Source: Haliotis rufescens (Eukaryota). From it: a stretch of 64,000 bases of DNA. The stretch spans positions 9,982,001 to 10,046,000 of the forward strand of contig NW_025963891.1 of NCBI RefSeq assembly GCF_023055435.1. The letters are read 5' to 3'. Shown one piece after another: positions 61,581 through 64,000 of this stretch. Numbering within the stretch: position 1 is the first letter of the stretch; each line of letters begins with the position of its first letter. Below the pieces are notes generated by a model. It did no database searches and was not told the DNA's origin. It worked only from the letters and a program-made list of their open reading frames with translations. The position numbers and the translations under genes are program-made.

Positions 61581-63745
61581 TTTGGTTTTGGAATCATCAC
61601 AGAAACATAAGTGTCAACTATCCCGGAAAGTTGCAACAATACCATCGTTGGAGATTAGGAATGTGCCAATTGTGAGACATTGCCTTATATGGGATATGTG
61701 GATGTTGCGGTTGAAACTAGTTGGTTATCTACAGGTCTCAAAAGTAATTGTTTATGGTTCCTCATCCCGGACAGTGAGTACATCAATCGTGTTACCGTAT
61801 TACTGGAGACTAATTATCTTATCCCAGCTATTAGTAGTTACAGGTAGGCAATAGGACCTAACTTTCTTCAAGTGAGCAAAATGCACACACCTTGGAATCT
61901 TGCCTCTCGAGGTATGAGTTTGCAGGACAAGGGACTTACAAGGAAAGATGGGACCCTGGGACTTATGTGTAGCTGTGATGTGTCACTCGTTTTTAACTCC
62001 AAACAGTCACTCTACAAGAAACTGCCTTATAGAGAAAGACATCCATATCACCGGGGCTTGAGATAACCCCTGCATTATTCTGCTGCCAGTACTAGAAGTC
62101 ACTACAAGTCCCTTTTCAATTGTCAAACCTGACCAACAAGACCATAGTTGCTTCCCCTAGGACAATCATCTGCGAGATACAATTAGTCCAGATTTAGAAA
62201 GTTGCACCCGTCAACGTGGAACAGATTGCCACTGAAGTAAAACAGCACAAGCTGAAGAAGGAGAACATATCTCATAAGGTAACTGAGGAACAGAAGAAGC
62301 TGAGTGAAGAGCTTATTCAGAAATACGGCGACGTGTTTTCTACAGGAGATTTAGATGTTGGCCACTACACTGTTTTTTTAGGGATTGACAGACCTTACAC
62401 TAATTTAGGAAAGAGATAGGCGCATACCACCATCTATGTTTCAGGAGTTACGTGCTTGTGGAATCATCAGACGTTCTTATATTAAAGCCCATGGGCTTCT
62501 TATGTTGTCCTTGTATGCAAGAATCAGCCATCAAGCAACTGAATTGGGCTTTGTCAAAGCTACCTATTCTTGGATATGCGAATTATGGCTTTTCAAGTTC
62601 ACACAGATCCACATTCGCATAGATTAGGTGCCATCCTCTACCTAGAAAAAGAAGGACAAAAGATGGTCATCGCTAAAAGCGGCCAATAAAGCAATAAAGC
62701 AGAGAAGAACTGGCCATCACACAAGTTGGAGTTCCTGGAATTTAAATGGGCAGTGATTGACTACGACCACCTCTACAGAAATCAGTTAACTGTACTAACG
62801 GACAACAACCTTTCAAATACGTCTTGAGTACACCAAAACTGGATACTACGAGACACAGGTGGATTGTTGCTCTTTCCTCATTCAACTTTAATATTAAGTA
62901 TCGTTCAGGTAAATGTAACGCAGATGCTGATATGATCTTCAGGTTGTCACAAGAAGACGAGACAGAGACGATGGCTGCTACATCTGTAAGGGTGATCTGC
63001 AATAGTTGTCAGACATCCAACTACATCGAGAGTTTATGCTTCGCAGATGAACTTATTGCAGACGTTTGACACAGGAACAACATAACTTGTTTCACTCTAA
63101 GGTATTGGGGGAATGCACAATACACAGGGATCCAGTACTTCCCAGAGTCTTTGCCGGATTACATCACAACAAGATATCAGAGGATATTCCTGCAGGTATT
63201 ATCCGAGAATTCAGTCGCCTCTAACTACAACGGGGAGTGATGTACATTTATACTGTCATGGGTATAGGAGAAAAGAGGCAACTAGTTCTCCGTGCAGAAT
63301 TCATCAGGAGAGCATTAAATCGACTTCATGATGAGATTGGAGATCAGATTCTCAGTTTCTAATGGCCTGGAATGGCTAAAGATGTGGATTATAGGATCAA
63401 AAACTGTCAAAGATGCTTCAGAAGAACACTAACAGAAGGTCAAGCTACTCTCCTCTCCATCCTTACCAGCCAGCCCCTTCCTTTCGTCCTCACACCAGAG
63501 AGGTCAAATGGAGGATATCAATATATTCTTTTTCTGACAGATCATTTTACAGGATATGCTCAAGCCTACCCTACTATTAAGTGAGTGAGTGAGTGAATAA
63601 GGTTTTACGCCGCTTTTAGCACTATTCCAGCAATATCACAGCGGGGGACACCAGCAATGGGCCCTACTATTAAGACAACTGCAAACGTCCTATTCAACAA
63701 CTTTTTTATACTCTATGGTTTTCCACAAAGACAATGCTGAACCAA
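61580..63745 (+). mobile_element. Degenerate Ty3/Gypsy pol relic, duplicate; RT core deleted, extends into integrase
   Basis: ORFs 62216-62419 and 62824-63069 (RNase H end), and 63372-63584 MAKDV...KNCQRC...YILFLTDHFTGYAQAYPT (integrase zinc finger and first catalytic Asp). Confidence 0.85.
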
Positions 63746-64000
63746 GTTTTAATTCAACTTACCTTTGTATTTGACTTGGGCATAAGCCATGTGTACATTC
63801 TGTAAAATGTTTTTAAGAATGAATACAAGTGATATATGTATATGTATCAATGTTGAACTTACAATCCCGATTGATTAATTCCATTAGTCTCTATGCTCTA
63901 GAATGTTATTCTTATAGGATCACCTTGATTCTTGTAGCATTTAGAAATAACAATAGCTTGTGCAAATGTCTACAAGTGACGACAAAGTACACAAATCACC

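Larger units (their letters stand above)
49347..63100 (+). repeat. Direct segmental duplication: ~49347-54060 versus ~59347-63100 (receptor + LINE + Gypsy relic)
   Basis: Near-identical sequence starts at gcttctagtcaccactgttcagacaaggg in both copies and runs through the CDS, 3' UTR and retroelement relics, with copy-specific indels. Confidence 0.93.

Overview
Eukaryotic, AT-rich, repeat-dense animal DNA. The SINE repertoire and intronless Cys-loop genes point to a mollusc, plausibly a gastropod such as abalone (inference). Most short ORFs in the supplied track are spurious. Bases ~1-45,950 are a tandem array of ~11.1-11.7 kb units. Each carries an 11-exon minus-strand gene that the ORF track misses. 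I spliced it by hand into a ~239-aa secreted, acidic protein with a signal peptide and two saposin-B (SAPLIP) domains. Each domain is built from four phase-0 exons of 75/69/60/90-93 nt. Three copies look intact (one has an in-frame 6-aa deletion) and the two end copies are pseudogenes. Bases ~48,300-64,000 hold two intronless, non-alpha nicotinic-receptor-like (Cys-loop) genes with start codons exactly 10 kb apart. They have a truncated loop C, a near-invariant pore and a diverged ligand-binding domain, reminiscent of cephalopod chemotactile receptors. Both are followed by duplicated LINE and Ty3/Gypsy relics. Also present are Penelope-like RT remnants, a small inverted-repeat insertion with a hammerhead-like motif, a TTAA-flanked DNA transposon carrying a MULE-type transposase fragment just upstream of the second receptor, MITEs, several tRNA-derived SINE families, microsatellites and two N-gaps.
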